This document shows positions 19,825 to 29,244 of a stretch of DNA of 64,000 nt, in pieces. The position numbers and the translations under genes were made by a program. Source of the DNA: Deltaproteobacteria bacterium (GTDB taxonomy: Bacteria > Desulfobacterota > GWC2-55-46); the NCBI GenBank assembly GCA_038043525.1, contig JBBTBW010000009.1, forward strand, positions 6,114 through 70,113. The letters are read 5' to 3'. Numbering within the stretch: position 1 is the first letter of the stretch; each line of letters opens with the position of its first letter. The notes beneath the pieces are model-generated. The model was not told the DNA's origin, made no database searches, and worked only from the letters and a program-made list of their open reading frames with translations.

Positions 19825-21329
19825 ACCGGCATGATCCAATGAGAGCCCGTAAGGAAGAGATGAAGGACGCGGTCGAGGAAAAAGAGGAAGGGCTGGAAGG
19901 GGCGGACCTTGAAGGGTCTGACCTTGAGGTGGATGAGTCGCGCCTCTCTGATGGGGACTCAGCCCTTGCCCAGGCCGAGGAGGCGGTAAGCGGCATCCTG
20001 TCCGTTGCCGCGGACCCGGTAAAGGCGTACCTGCGGGAGATGGGCGCTGTCTTTCTCCTTTCAAAGGAAGACGAGATAGCGCTCGCGAAGAAGATAGAGA
20101 GGTGCAAGCTCGCCCTTACGAAGGAGTTCTTGAAGACGCCTGTCGTTGTCTATGAGCTCGAAGGCCTCAAGCAGCGCCTCATACAAAGGCGGGCAGACGA
20201 GGCCTTCATCGAGTATGACGATGACGAAGGGCTTATAAGCGAAGACGAGCAGGAGCTGCAGGAGACCATAAAGAAGATCGACGAATCGATCGCGGCCTTC
20301 TCAGGGTTTTTGAAGGACGGCGGAGGCAAAGACGAACAGCCTCTCGTAAAGATGCTCCTTGATCTTGACAAGAAGACTAATATCCATAACAAGGTCATCG
20401 AGGCCCTCGGCGCTCTTGAGTTAGAACTTAGAAGGCTTCGCAGGAAGAACGCTACTGTTGAAAGGGGTGATAAGCGTGGCCCTTCGCCGGCAGGACCGGA
20501 TGATATAGCAGGACGCATACAGGAGCTGGAGGCAAGGGCCGGGGTCGGGTGTGATGATATCTCCGAGATGGTCGAGAGGCTGGAGACTCTCAGGGCTGAT
20601 GTCGAGGAGGCGAAGGAGAGGCTTATAAAGGCCAACCTGAGGCTCGTTGTCTCTATAGCCAGAAGGTACCTGAACAGGGGGCTTCACTTTCTCGACCTTA
20701 TCCAGGAGGGCAACATAGGGCTTATGCGCGCGGTCGAGAAGTTCGAGTATCAGCGCGGCTACAAGTTCTCGACATACGCGACATGGTGGATACGGCAGGC
20801 TGTCTCCAGGGCGATAGCGGACCAGGCGCGCACGATACGCATACCGGTCCACATGATAGAGACGATCAATAAGTTGATCCGCGTCTCTCATAAGATGGTG
20901 CAGGATAGTGGCAGGGAGCCTGAGCCTGAAGAGCTTGCGGCTGTGATGAACCTTCCGGTCGAGAAGATAAAGAAGATAATGAAGATAGCGAAGGAGCCGG
21001 TCTCTCTTGAAACACCCGTCGGCGAAGACGGGGACAGCATGCTCGGCGACTTCATAGAGGACAAGGGCGCAACCGTGCCTCACGACGAGATGATGTTTAA
21101 CGATCTCACCGGCCACATGAACGAGGTCCTCTCGACGCTATCTGATAGAGAGGAGAAGGTCCTTCGCATGCGCTTCGGCATCGGCGAGAACAAGGATTAC
21201 ACCCTCGAAGAGGTCGGGGCGTTCTTCAACGTGACGCGAGAGAGGATCCGCCAGATAGAGGCCAAGGCCCTGAGAAAGCTGAGACACCCTAAGAGATGCC
21301 GCACGCTTAAGGCGTTTTCTGAGAAGTAG
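19821..21329 (+). CDS. rpoD: RNA polymerase primary sigma factor (start may be ATG 19839 or 19860)
   Basis: Region 1.2 [11 protein letters not shown], region 2 [10 protein letters not shown]...[13 protein letters not shown], region 4 [19 protein letters not shown]; follows dnaG. Confidence 0.93.
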   Translation: MNRHDPMRARKEEMKDAVEEKEEGLEGADLEGSDLEVDESRLSDGDSALAQAEEAVSGILSVAADPVKAYLREMGAVFLLSKEDEIALAKKIERCKLALTKEFLKTPVVVYELEGLKQRLIQRRADEAFIEYDDDEGLISEDEQELQETIKKIDESIAAFSGFLKDGGGKDEQPLVKMLLDLDKKTNIHNKVIEALGALELELRRLRRKNATVERGDKRGPSPAGPDDIAGRIQELEARAGVGCDDISEMVERLETLRADVEEAKERLIKANLRLVVSIARRYLNRGLHFLDLIQEGNIGLMRAVEKFEYQRGYKFSTYATWWIRQAVSRAIADQARTIRIPVHMIETINKLIRVSHKMVQDSGREPEPEELAAVMNLPVEKIKKIMKIAKEPVSLETPVGEDGDSMLGDFIEDKGATVPHDEMMFNDLTGHMNEVLSTLSDREEKVLRMRFGIGENKDYTLEEVGAFFNVTRERIRQIEAKALRKLRHPKRCRTLKAFSEK

Positions 21330-21483
21330 TTTTTTTAAGATGTCAGAGGACTGACTTGAAGCGGAGCAGTGGCTTTTTTTGGGGAGCGAATATATTTTTT
21401 AAGATTTTTTTTGACGGTAGATCCGCTAACTTGGCGGTATTTAATGTGATTTTTGGAACCCGAGAAATCCTTCGTAAACGTTA

Positions 21484-21535
21484 TGTGATTTTAGTCACTT
21501 TTCCTGCTTGACTTGTTTAAGAACCTCAGTATAAT
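21484..21535 (+). promoter_or_regulatory. sigma-70 promoter with upstream CRP/FNR-family-like box
   Basis: TGTGA-N6-TCACT at 21484-21499, TTGACT 21508-21513, 16 nt, TATAAT 21530-21535. Confidence 0.65.
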
Positions 21536-21714
21536 AATTCTAACACTGATCAATAGGTTCATGACGGGCCTTGAGGTCTTAGGCGATGGTGCCAACAGTA
21601 CGACTGCGCTTGTCTGTGCAGTTTTGTATTGCTGGCTATTTTTTTTGTCTGAGCTCAAGGTTTCCTTTTAGATATGCAGGATCTGTAAAATTCCCTTGTA
21701 AGGGTGAGGTGCGT

Positions 21715-22722
21715 ATGAAAAGAATTTTAGTCGGATTTGTGGCGGCGGCTTCATTGCTGGTGTTGAGCCCTGGTATAGGCGATACGACAGGCGTAAGCAA
21801 TTATCAGGCAGGGGATGCTGCCAGCGGGATAACCGCTTCAAGGCATAACCTAGGCGCCCTTGGCAAGGTGCTCCATACAAACCAGACCTCAGAGATCTGC
21901 GTATTCTGCCATACGCCACACCACTCAAATACTGGGGCCGGATCAGGTCCTCTCTGGAACAGATCAAACTCTACAGCGGCCAATTACATAGGCTACGGGG
22001 ATACGCTAGGCGGTTCTAATATCGGCGCCCCGGGCGGGGCGACATTAGCTTGCCTCAGCTGCCATGATGGCGTGACGACTTTCGACAATATAGTAAACGC
22101 GCCTGGCAAGGGCGGCCTGTCACCGACGCCAGGTGTCGGCGAGAACAAGACCTGGGTGTTCAGGATGCCTATAGAAGGCATGGGTACGGCCTCATGGAGG
22201 CATGACTTCTTCAACACCGCTCTCAGTGGTCAGGGCGCATGCGAAAACTGCCATGCCGGCATCGACAACCCGGCGATGAGGCTTTCACTGGGCACGTCGC
22301 TTTCAAACGATCATCCGATGTCAGTCACCTACACCCCTGGCATAGCCAGCCTCAGGCCGACAAATACAGTAATAAACAGCATCGATCTGATGGCAGGGCT
22401 GGCGGATAGCGCTTCGTCAGTATACGGCGGGAACCTCCAGCAGAACCGTTGGGCTGTAAAGGGTACTATATCAAACACGGCGACGATAGCCGATCTTCTG
22501 AGAGACGGCAAGGTCGAGTGCACGAGCTGTCATGATCCGCACTTCAGGAACCTCAGCTGGGACGAGGTCGAGAACACCTGGACCACCTATTGGGATGATA
22601 ACGAGCAGTTGCAGAAGCCGTACATATACTGCTCAGGCGAGGATTGCACTGACGGCAACTTCCTTAGAAGGGTCGGCGGAAACACAGGAAGCGGCATCTG
22701 CAGGACCTGCCATAACAAGTAA
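21715..22722 (+). CDS. Secreted pentaheme c-type cytochrome, OmcE-like
   Basis: Signal peptide; five CxxCH (CVFCH, CLSCH, CENCH, CTSCH, CRTCH); ICVFCHTPH-PLWNR-CxSCHDG-LSNDHP-ECxSCHxxH-FLR-GSxxCxxCH motif order; RBS GAGGT. Confidence 0.85.
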   Translation: MKRILVGFVAAASLLVLSPGIGDTTGVSNYQAGDAASGITASRHNLGALGKVLHTNQTSEICVFCHTPHHSNTGAGSGPLWNRSNSTAANYIGYGDTLGGSNIGAPGGATLACLSCHDGVTTFDNIVNAPGKGGLSPTPGVGENKTWVFRMPIEGMGTASWRHDFFNTALSGQGACENCHAGIDNPAMRLSLGTSLSNDHPMSVTYTPGIASLRPTNTVINSIDLMAGLADSASSVYGGNLQQNRWAVKGTISNTATIADLLRDGKVECTSCHDPHFRNLSWDEVENTWTTYWDDNEQLQKPYIYCSGEDCTDGNFLRRVGGNTGSGICRTCHNK

Positions 22723-22752
22723 TACGAAGCATAGATAGACAGAAATAACGAG

Positions 22753-22782
22753 ACGCCGGGGCATCAGCTCCGGCGTTTTTTT
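22753..22782 (+). terminator. Rho-independent terminator of the cytochrome gene
   Basis: ACGCCGGGGC / GCTCCGGCGT stem plus T-tract. Confidence 0.75.
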
Positions 22783-22873
22783 GTGCGATAAGTTCAAAGG
22801 CGGTCAGTTTTATTTCGCTCCTCCCCTTACTCACAAGGGGAGGCTGGGAGGGTGTTTTTGTAAAAGGCATTTG

Positions 22874-23008
22874 CTGATTTTCTATTGCGCACTTCCGTGC
22901 GCCTTTTGTGTATGGTTAGAACGGGCCGTATAAAAACATGGGTCTGATTTTAGCTGTGCACTTCTGTGCGTTTTTTTGGGTATGGCTCCCTTCGCTTTCG
23001 AACCTGAC
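22874..23008 (-). repeat. Tandem ~70-bp partial units of the palindromic repeat family
   Basis: CTGATTT...GCACTTCyGTGCG...GkGTATGG repeats at 22874 and 22944; same arrangement at 46500-46610. Confidence 0.75.
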
Positions 23009-23076
23009 GGTAGGGCAGGTCACACCCGCCATTGCTACTTCAGGGCTTTTCAAACCACCCCTCTAGGCCGCTGTTT

Positions 23077-23216
23077 CTTTTGCACACTGCCGTGGCTTTT
23101 GGGTATGGCTCGCTTCGCTTTCGAGCTGACTCGCAGCAGATACAAAGACCTGCTCGTCAGCTCTCAGTCAGGCTCGCTACGCCATGACCCGAGTTTTGTT
23201 TTAAGGCAAGGGCAAG
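23077..23216 (-). repeat. ~136-bp palindromic dispersed repeat, copy 2
   Basis: Near-identical to the reverse complement of 14444-14579. Confidence 0.9.
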
Positions 23217-23293
23217 ATTCAAAGGCGGCATCTAGTTTGTTTTTTCGCTCCTCCCTTTTGTGCAAGGGGAGGCTGGGAGGGGTCTGAGGATTA

Positions 23294-23426
23294 TCTTGCC
23301 TTTAAACAAACCCGGGTATGGTGGAATGAGCCTAAAGGATGGCCGATGAGCAGGTTATTGTATCTGCTGCGAGTCGGCCGGACAGCGAAAGGAGCCATAC
23401 CCAAAAGGCGCACGGAAGTGCAAAGC
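23294..23426 (+). repeat. ~136-bp palindromic dispersed repeat, copy 3 (inverted relative to copy 2)
   Basis: AAACAAACCCGGGT-ATGG...GATGAGCAGG...CTGCGAGTC...GAGCCATACCCAAAAG...GTGCAAAG, colinear with copy 1 but more diverged. Confidence 0.85.
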
Positions 23427-23452
23427 TGGAGTCAGACTGATATTTCGTTTGC

Positions 23453-23477
23453 TGGAGCAGGTTTGCAACCTGCTCCA
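23453..23477. repeat. REP-like perfect hairpin
   Basis: TGGAGCAGGTT-TGC-AACCTGCTCCA. Confidence 0.55.
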
Positions 23478-23779
23478 TAGATTTCGCATGTGCCTGAAAC
23501 GAATTATGGTGTTCAAGTTACAAGCTTGAACCCGCAAGGAAACAGATGCCTGCTTGTCGGCCATCCTATATTCATCCCGCCATGACCCGGTTGTTTTAGG
23601 GCAAAGGCAAGAGACAATTCCGACACCACCTCCCTGCACCTTGCCCATTATGCAGGTTGTTTAGAGGCAAAGACGGACTGGTCTCGGAATGGCGGTTGGA
23701 TTTTATGTCTGATTAAGTCGGACGAGCCCTGCGATCTGCCCGTCAGGATCAACTCGCAACATCTCAGATGCGCGGCCGG

Positions 23780-24214
23780 TCAGCGGTTCTCGGCTTTTTC
23801 TTTGTCCAGAAGTATGTTGAGGCGGTTTTCCATATCGAGTAGTTTTATCATCAACTCGCTGCCCGGAGATCCTTTGACGTTCGTGTGGACCACGAGCTTC
23901 AATTCATCGACGTCATGCAGGAGTTTTTCAAAATCGCCTTTGAGCCTGAGGACCTTGATCTGGACCTGTTCGTAGCTCTTTTGGAGCTCGATGTATTTGT
24001 TTGTCATCTCGTTTAATGATTTTCCGCGCTCTTGTCCCCTGTAATCCGACTTGCGTTCTGCCTCGATGCGAGCAGCCTTTTCGCTTTGAAGGGCTATTGA
24101 AAGTCTAGCGACATCCTCCTCATACGCGCTCAGAGATACGCACCCTGATAACGCAGTGAGCGAGAGAGATGAAACGGCGATAACCAGCAACAGGCGTACT
24201 ATAGCTGACCTCAT
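23780..24214 (-). CDS. Hypothetical coiled-coil lipoprotein
   Basis: Lipobox LSGC followed by a long heptad-rich helix. Confidence 0.7.
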   Translation of the reverse strand: MRSAIVRLLLVIAVSSLSLTALSGCVSLSAYEEDVARLSIALQSEKAARIEAERKSDYRGQERGKSLNEMTNKYIELQKSYEQVQIKVLRLKGDFEKLLHDVDELKLVVHTNVKGSPGSELMIKLLDMENRLNILLDKEKAENR

Positions 24215-24354
24215 GAGACGACCCCCGTTTTGCAGGATTGAGTGATTTGATAGACTAATCCTAGCAGGTTTTAAGGCGTTTTGAAAGGTCTTAGCTGTGG
24301 TGTGCCGGTCGGTTTGCCGCTGGTCTGGCTTTGAGATACTGCCGGTAAAAAAGT

Positions 24355-24382
24355 TTGACTTGATCTCCTGTTCTGGTATAAT
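24355..24382 (+). promoter_or_regulatory. sigma-70 promoter of rpsU
   Basis: TTGACT-N16-TATAAT with TG extended -10. Confidence 0.7.
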
Positions 24383-24549
24383 CGCAAGGTTGATGGACGT
24401 CTCTGTGCCGGTCTTGTCTCATATCGGCTGAAGTCAGGACGGTCCATGCGTGTTGACGGCGCGCCTCAATGTATCGCTCTTTCAGATCAGGGCGGTCTCG
24501 GGGCCAATCGGTGAAAACATCATGTGTCATATAGAGGGGGTGTTAATCT

Positions 24550-24756
24550 TTGTCAGAAGTTAAAGTTTATGATGATCAGCTTGAGAAGGCTCTCAAGATA
24601 CTCAAGAGAAAGCTCGCTCAGGACGGGACCTTCAAGGAAATAAAGAAGAGAAGGTTCTACGAAAAGCCAAGCGTGAAAAAGAAGAGGAAGCGTCAGGAAG
24701 CGGCAAAGCGTCGCGCAAAGGCTTCCAAGAAAAGCGCCAGACGTATCCAGGAGTAA
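24550..24756 (+). CDS. rpsU: 30S ribosomal protein S21
   Basis: LEKALKILKRK...EIKKRRFYEKPSVKKKRK; TTG start with RBS GAGGGGG. Confidence 0.95.
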   Translation: MSEVKVYDDQLEKALKILKRKLAQDGTFKEIKKRRFYEKPSVKKKRKRQEAAKRRAKASKKSARRIQE

Positions 24757-24779
24757 CACGGTCTATCTATCACCAATTG

Positions 24780-24818
24780 AATATGGCAACCGCCCTCGGG
24801 CGGCTGCCATATTTTTTT
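24780..24818. terminator. Terminator between convergent rpsU and acs
   Basis: AATATGGCAACCGCC / GGCGGCTGCCATATT stem plus T-tract. Confidence 0.75.
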
Positions 24819-24930
24819 ATCCGGCCGGCCCACAGAGACGCCCGTGCGCTCTACTACTGGTGTTGAGTGGTTCTATATTCAGCGTTAAGCTGTCTATTCA
24901 TACGGACAGGCCGCCCTTGGCGCGTTTCAC

Positions 24931-26928
24931 TCAATCCGTCTCATGCCTTTCTTTTATCAGTGCGTCTACGACCCCCGGGTCTGCGAGCGTTGTCGTATCC
25001 CCTATGTCTTCTGTCTCTCCCTGAGCTATCTTTCTGAGTATCCTCCGCATGATCTTGCCTGAGCGCGTCTTTGGAAGGCCTGTTGCGAACTGTATCCTGT
25101 CAGGTCTGGCTATCGGGCTTATCTCATCTTTTACATGCGCGGTTATTTCATTTGCCAGCGCTTGAGAGGCTTCTACGCCGTCTTTTAAGACGACGAATGC
25201 GTAGATCCCCTCGCCCTTGATCGAATCGGGGAAGCCAACTACAGCGGCCTCGGCTATCGACGGGTCTGATACGAGCGCGCTTTCTATCTCAGCCGTGCCG
25301 AGCCTGTGGCCTGAGACGTTCAAGACGTCGTCTATGCGCCCCAGGAGCCAGTAGTCGCCATCATTGTCTATCCTCGCGCCGTCGCCGCTCGTGTAATAGC
25401 CTGGGAACCTGCTGAAGTATATCTCTTTCATCCTTGCGTTCTCAGGGTCTCCATACGTGCCTCGGAGCATGCCGGGCCACGGCCTCTTCATAACGAGACA
25501 GCCGCCCTCGTTTGCCGCCGCTTCAGTTCCGTCCTCGCGCAGTATGGCAGGTAGAATCCCGAAAAAAGGTTTTGTCGCAGAGCCCGGCTTGAGCGTGGTC
25601 GCCCCGGGCAGAGGCGAGATCATTATCCCGCCAGTTTCGGTCTGCCACCAGGTGTCGACTATCGGGAGGAGCCCCTTGCCTACGACCGTGTGATACCATA
25701 TCCAGGCCTCAGGGTTTATAGGTTCACCGACAGAGCCGAGGAGCTTCAGTGAAGTAAGGTCGTGCTTATCTACGAACGAATCCGGGCACCTCATCAGCGC
25801 CCTTATGGCCGTGGGGGCTGTGTAGATGGTAGACACCCTGTGCTTTTCCACTATCGACCAGAACCTGCCCGGATCAGGGTACGTCGGTATCCCCTCGAAC
25901 ATCAGTGTCGTGGCTCCGTTGGCGAGCGGGCCGTAGATGACGTAGCTGTGGCCTGTGACCCATCCGATGTCAGCTGTGCAGAAGAATATGTCCGGGTCTT
26001 TGTGGTCGAATATCCACTTGAAGGTGAGGGCGGTATAGACGAGGTATCCGCCTGTCGTGTGCAGGACCCCTTTGGGCTTGCCTGTAGAACCGCTCGTGTA
26101 GAGTATGAAGAGCGGGTCTTCAGAGTCCATCTCGACAGGTTCGCACCAGTCGCTTATCCCGGGAGAGGCCGTCTCGTCGTGCAGCCATCTGTCTCGTCCA
26201 TCTCTCATCGGGACCGGGTTGCCGGTCCTTCTGACGACCAGGACCTTTTCTATGGAGGGGCAGTTTTCAAGCGCCGAGTCCGCGTTTTTCTTCATCGGGA
26301 TGAGCTTTGCGCCTCTTACGCCTTCATCCGAGGTTATAAGTATCGTGGAGGCCGAGTCGTTTATCCTGTCTGCAAGCGAGTGCGGGCTGAAGCCTCCGAA
26401 TACGACCGAGTGTATAGCGCCTATTCTAGCGCAGGCGAGGAGCGAGAACGCAAGCTCAGGGATCATCGGAAGATATACTGTGACGCGGTCGCCTTTTTTT
26501 ACGCCCATCTTCACCAGGACGTTTGAAAGCCTGTTGACCTCTGTCGAGAGCTGCTGGTAGGTGTAGGTCTTTGTCGAGCCGTCGTCGCCCTCCCAGATGA
26601 TAGCGGCCTTGTCTCGCCGCGGCGACTTGAGGTGCCTGTCTATGCAGTTGTAAGAGGCGTTGAGCCTGCCGTTTATGTACCACTTGACAGAGGGCTTGTG
26701 AAAGTCCCAGTCAGAGACCTTCTCCCATCCGGCCGACCAGTCGAGTATGCCGGCCATCTCGGCCCAGAACGCGTCGGGTTCTTCTATGGAGCGCCTGTAG
26801 AGGGCCTCGTACTCGTCAGGGTCTTTTATGTGTGCTGTCCCTGCAAATGTCGCGGTCGGTCCGAATGTCCTTTTTTCGTCAAGCAGGACTGAGATGCCTG
26901 CTTTCCCGTTCACTTTCGTATTCGTCAA
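24931..26928 (-). CDS. acs: Acetyl-CoA synthetase
   Basis: [36 protein letters not shown]; TTG start at 26928 chosen for its GGAGG RBS. Confidence 0.96.
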   Translation of the reverse strand: MTNTKVNGKAGISVLLDEKRTFGPTATFAGTAHIKDPDEYEALYRRSIEEPDAFWAEMAGILDWSAGWEKVSDWDFHKPSVKWYINGRLNASYNCIDRHLKSPRRDKAAIIWEGDDGSTKTYTYQQLSTEVNRLSNVLVKMGVKKGDRVTVYLPMIPELAFSLLACARIGAIHSVVFGGFSPHSLADRINDSASTILITSDEGVRGAKLIPMKKNADSALENCPSIEKVLVVRRTGNPVPMRDGRDRWLHDETASPGISDWCEPVEMDSEDPLFILYTSGSTGKPKGVLHTTGGYLVYTALTFKWIFDHKDPDIFFCTADIGWVTGHSYVIYGPLANGATTLMFEGIPTYPDPGRFWSIVEKHRVSTIYTAPTAIRALMRCPDSFVDKHDLTSLKLLGSVGEPINPEAWIWYHTVVGKGLLPIVDTWWQTETGGIMISPLPGATTLKPGSATKPFFGILPAILREDGTEAAANEGGCLVMKRPWPGMLRGTYGDPENARMKEIYFSRFPGYYTSGDGARIDNDGDYWLLGRIDDVLNVSGHRLGTAEIESALVSDPSIAEAAVVGFPDSIKGEGIYAFVVLKDGVEASQALANEITAHVKDEISPIARPDRIQFATGLPKTRSGKIMRRILRKIAQGETEDIGDTTTLADPGVVDALIKERHETD

Positions 26929-27096
26929 TGTCCCTCCATGCGGCCGGGCTTTCAGGTCTGACATGCCGCTGTCTTTAATGAAGATAATCCAGAGAGGCTT
27001 TCGTGTCAAGTGCCGTTCGGAGCGGGGTTTTCAAGGCGGCCTGCTTGCATAAAGAGGATGGATGTGTTAAAAACTGTGAGTGGGTCAGGTGAGGAC

Positions 27097-27378
27097 ATGA
27101 ACGTCGGATTCAACCAGAACGTCAGCTTCAACGGCGAGGTTTACCACGCTCAGACAGAGGATGGCGGGCCTGCCAACGCTGTCATAACAACGGTCCTTTT
27201 TAAAGGCGGGGTTATAATCGCCTCAAGAAGGACCAACTATTCGGATATAATAAGATCAGATAAGCGAGATCTCGTCGTGCGCCAAGTGATGAGGGAGCAG
27301 CATGACGGGCTCATAGACGATCTCAAGGCAGGGCGTATCACCGCACCGCCTTTTGTTGCGCCTGATCAGCTCCGATGA
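27097..27378 (+). CDS. Conserved hypothetical protein (GFNxNV...YHxQTED motif)
   Basis: RBS GAGG before ATG 27097; motif pattern resembles small deltaproteobacterial hypotheticals. Confidence 0.7.
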   Translation: MNVGFNQNVSFNGEVYHAQTEDGGPANAVITTVLFKGGVIIASRRTNYSDIIRSDKRDLVVRQVMREQHDGLIDDLKAGRITAPPFVAPDQLR

Positions 27379-27455
27379 ATGCGCTCAACTGCCGCCTGCA
27401 CCGGGGAAAATCTCCGTCCATAGAAAAAATATAGAAAAGGAAGATAGCTCAGTTA

Positions 27456-28697
27456 ATGGCGATAACCGCGATAAGGGGCTTCAATGACATACTGCCAGGG
27501 GCTTCCGAGGTCTGGAGAAAGATAGAGGATACGGCCCACCGGGTCTTTTCGGTATACGGCTATTCGGAGATAAAACTGCCGATAGTCGAGAAGACCGAGC
27601 TCTTCCAGCGGTCGATAGGCGAGACGACGGACATAGTCGAAAAGGAGATGTACACCTTCCCTGACAGGCATGGTGATTCCATGACGCTTCGCCCTGAGGG
27701 GACAGCCTCCACTGTAAGGGCGTACATAGAGCACAAGCTATATACCTCTCCTGTCTCAAGGCTCTATTACATAGGCCCGATGTTCCGCTACGAGAGGCCG
27801 CAAAAGGGCAGGTACAGACAGTTCCATCAGATAGGCGCGGAGCTTCTCGGGGACGATAACCCTGGTTCTGACGCCGAGGCGATATCCATGGTCATGGAGC
27901 TTTTGGGATCGCTTGAGATGAAGGGCATAGAGCTTCAGATAAACTCCCTCGGATGCGCCGGCTGCAGGCCTTTATACAAAGAGAAGCTCCTTGGTTTTCT
28001 CTCCGGCAGGAGGGAGCGGCTTTGCGAGAACTGTTCAAGGCGCATAGATACGAACCCTTTGAGGGCCCTTGACTGCAAGGGTGCCGGATGCATTGAAGCT
28101 ACGAAAGACGCCCCGTCCATAACAGATTGCCTCTGCGGCGGATGTACTGACCATTTTGAAAAGGTGCGGGCATGCCTCGGTTTGAAGGGCATCGAGCCGC
28201 GCATAAACCCGCGCATGGTCAGGGGGCTTGATTATTACTCAAAGACGACCTTCGAGATAACGGCCGAGGGGCTTGGCTCCCAAAACGCAGTTGCGGCAGG
28301 CGGCAGGTACGATCGCCTCGTGGAAGACCTTGGCGGCCCATCGACCCCGTGTTTCGGTTTCGCTATAGGTGTTGAAAGGGTAGCGCTAATACTCAGCGAA
28401 GGCGGAGTAGCTCTGAATCCTACGACCGTCTTTATCGGCCTCGGCCTCGATGCAGGCAGTAAGGGGGTAGAGCTTGTGCGCTCCTGGAGGTCTGTCGGCA
28501 TAAGGGTCATTGAAGAGCACTCTGACGGCGCCCTCAAGAACAGGATGAAGAAGGCGGACAGGCTCGGCGCCCGTTGGACTGTCATACTCGGGGATGACGA
28601 GCTTAAAGACGGGGTCGTAGCTATAAAAGACATGAAAAACGGGACGCAGTCGAAGGTCGCATGGGTCGATGTCGCGGCGATCATAACAGGGTCGTGA
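27456..28697 (+). CDS. hisS: Histidine--tRNA ligase
   Basis: RGFNDILP, LRPEGTAS, FRYERPQKGRYRQFHQ, RGLDYY, GGRYD. Confidence 0.97.
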   Translation: MAITAIRGFNDILPGASEVWRKIEDTAHRVFSVYGYSEIKLPIVEKTELFQRSIGETTDIVEKEMYTFPDRHGDSMTLRPEGTASTVRAYIEHKLYTSPVSRLYYIGPMFRYERPQKGRYRQFHQIGAELLGDDNPGSDAEAISMVMELLGSLEMKGIELQINSLGCAGCRPLYKEKLLGFLSGRRERLCENCSRRIDTNPLRALDCKGAGCIEATKDAPSITDCLCGGCTDHFEKVRACLGLKGIEPRINPRMVRGLDYYSKTTFEITAEGLGSQNAVAAGGRYDRLVEDLGGPSTPCFGFAIGVERVALILSEGGVALNPTTVFIGLGLDAGSKGVELVRSWRSVGIRVIEEHSDGALKNRMKKADRLGARWTVILGDDELKDGVVAIKDMKNGTQSKVAWVDVAAIITGS

Positions 28698-28835
28698 CCT
28701 GCCGGATATATATATATGCAGGGAATGAAGCTCCGTTTATTCTTCGTGAGATCTTTTGAATAGAGATCTTAATTCGGCGTCAAAAGGCGGCTGGTCGGTC
28801 GGTCAATCTGAAAAAAAGGCGCGGGTGAACGGCCG

Positions 28836-29120
28836 ATGATGGATGATTCGATAATTTTCATAGCGGCTTTCTTTCTCTTCGCCGCAGTCTCAATAGGCGT
28901 GATACTCGTACTTTGGATAGCGATGCCTTTTTCGGTATTCGGCTTAAAGGCTCTCCTTAAAAAGTCGATAGACGAGCAGGCTGAGACGAACAGGCTTTTG
29001 CGGTCAATAATCGAGGCAAGGCGCAAAGATGATGTACGGATAGGGTCTCAGGACGCGTCCGGGGCGCAGGATGCAGACGATACCGCAGGCAGATCTGATG
29101 CAAAAGACAGGCTCGATTGA
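28836..29120 (+). CDS. Small membrane hypothetical protein
   Basis: Hydrophobic N-terminus with WIAMPFSVFGLK, short coiled tail. Confidence 0.6.
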   Translation: MMDDSIIFIAAFFLFAAVSIGVILVLWIAMPFSVFGLKALLKKSIDEQAETNRLLRSIIEARRKDDVRIGSQDASGAQDADDTAGRSDAKDRLD

Positions 29121-29244
29121 CTCATCCGCGTTTTTTATGATCTTTGTTGATGTGCATTGCCGCCGTGGGATCTACGGCTATCCGGCATCGCTCTTTGCCG
29201 TCATGGTCTGAGATAGGCCGACCTGACAATGGAAATATAACAGA

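Noticed and set aside
21542-21714. Cyclic dinucleotide (GEMM) riboswitch in the cytochrome leader
   Set aside because: Could not find the GGCAAA/GAAA tetraloop/CGCAAAGC signature; an Infernal scan would be decisive.
22874-23680. CRISPR array
   Set aside because: Units are long, degenerate and in mixed orientation, with no regular unique spacers and no cas genes.
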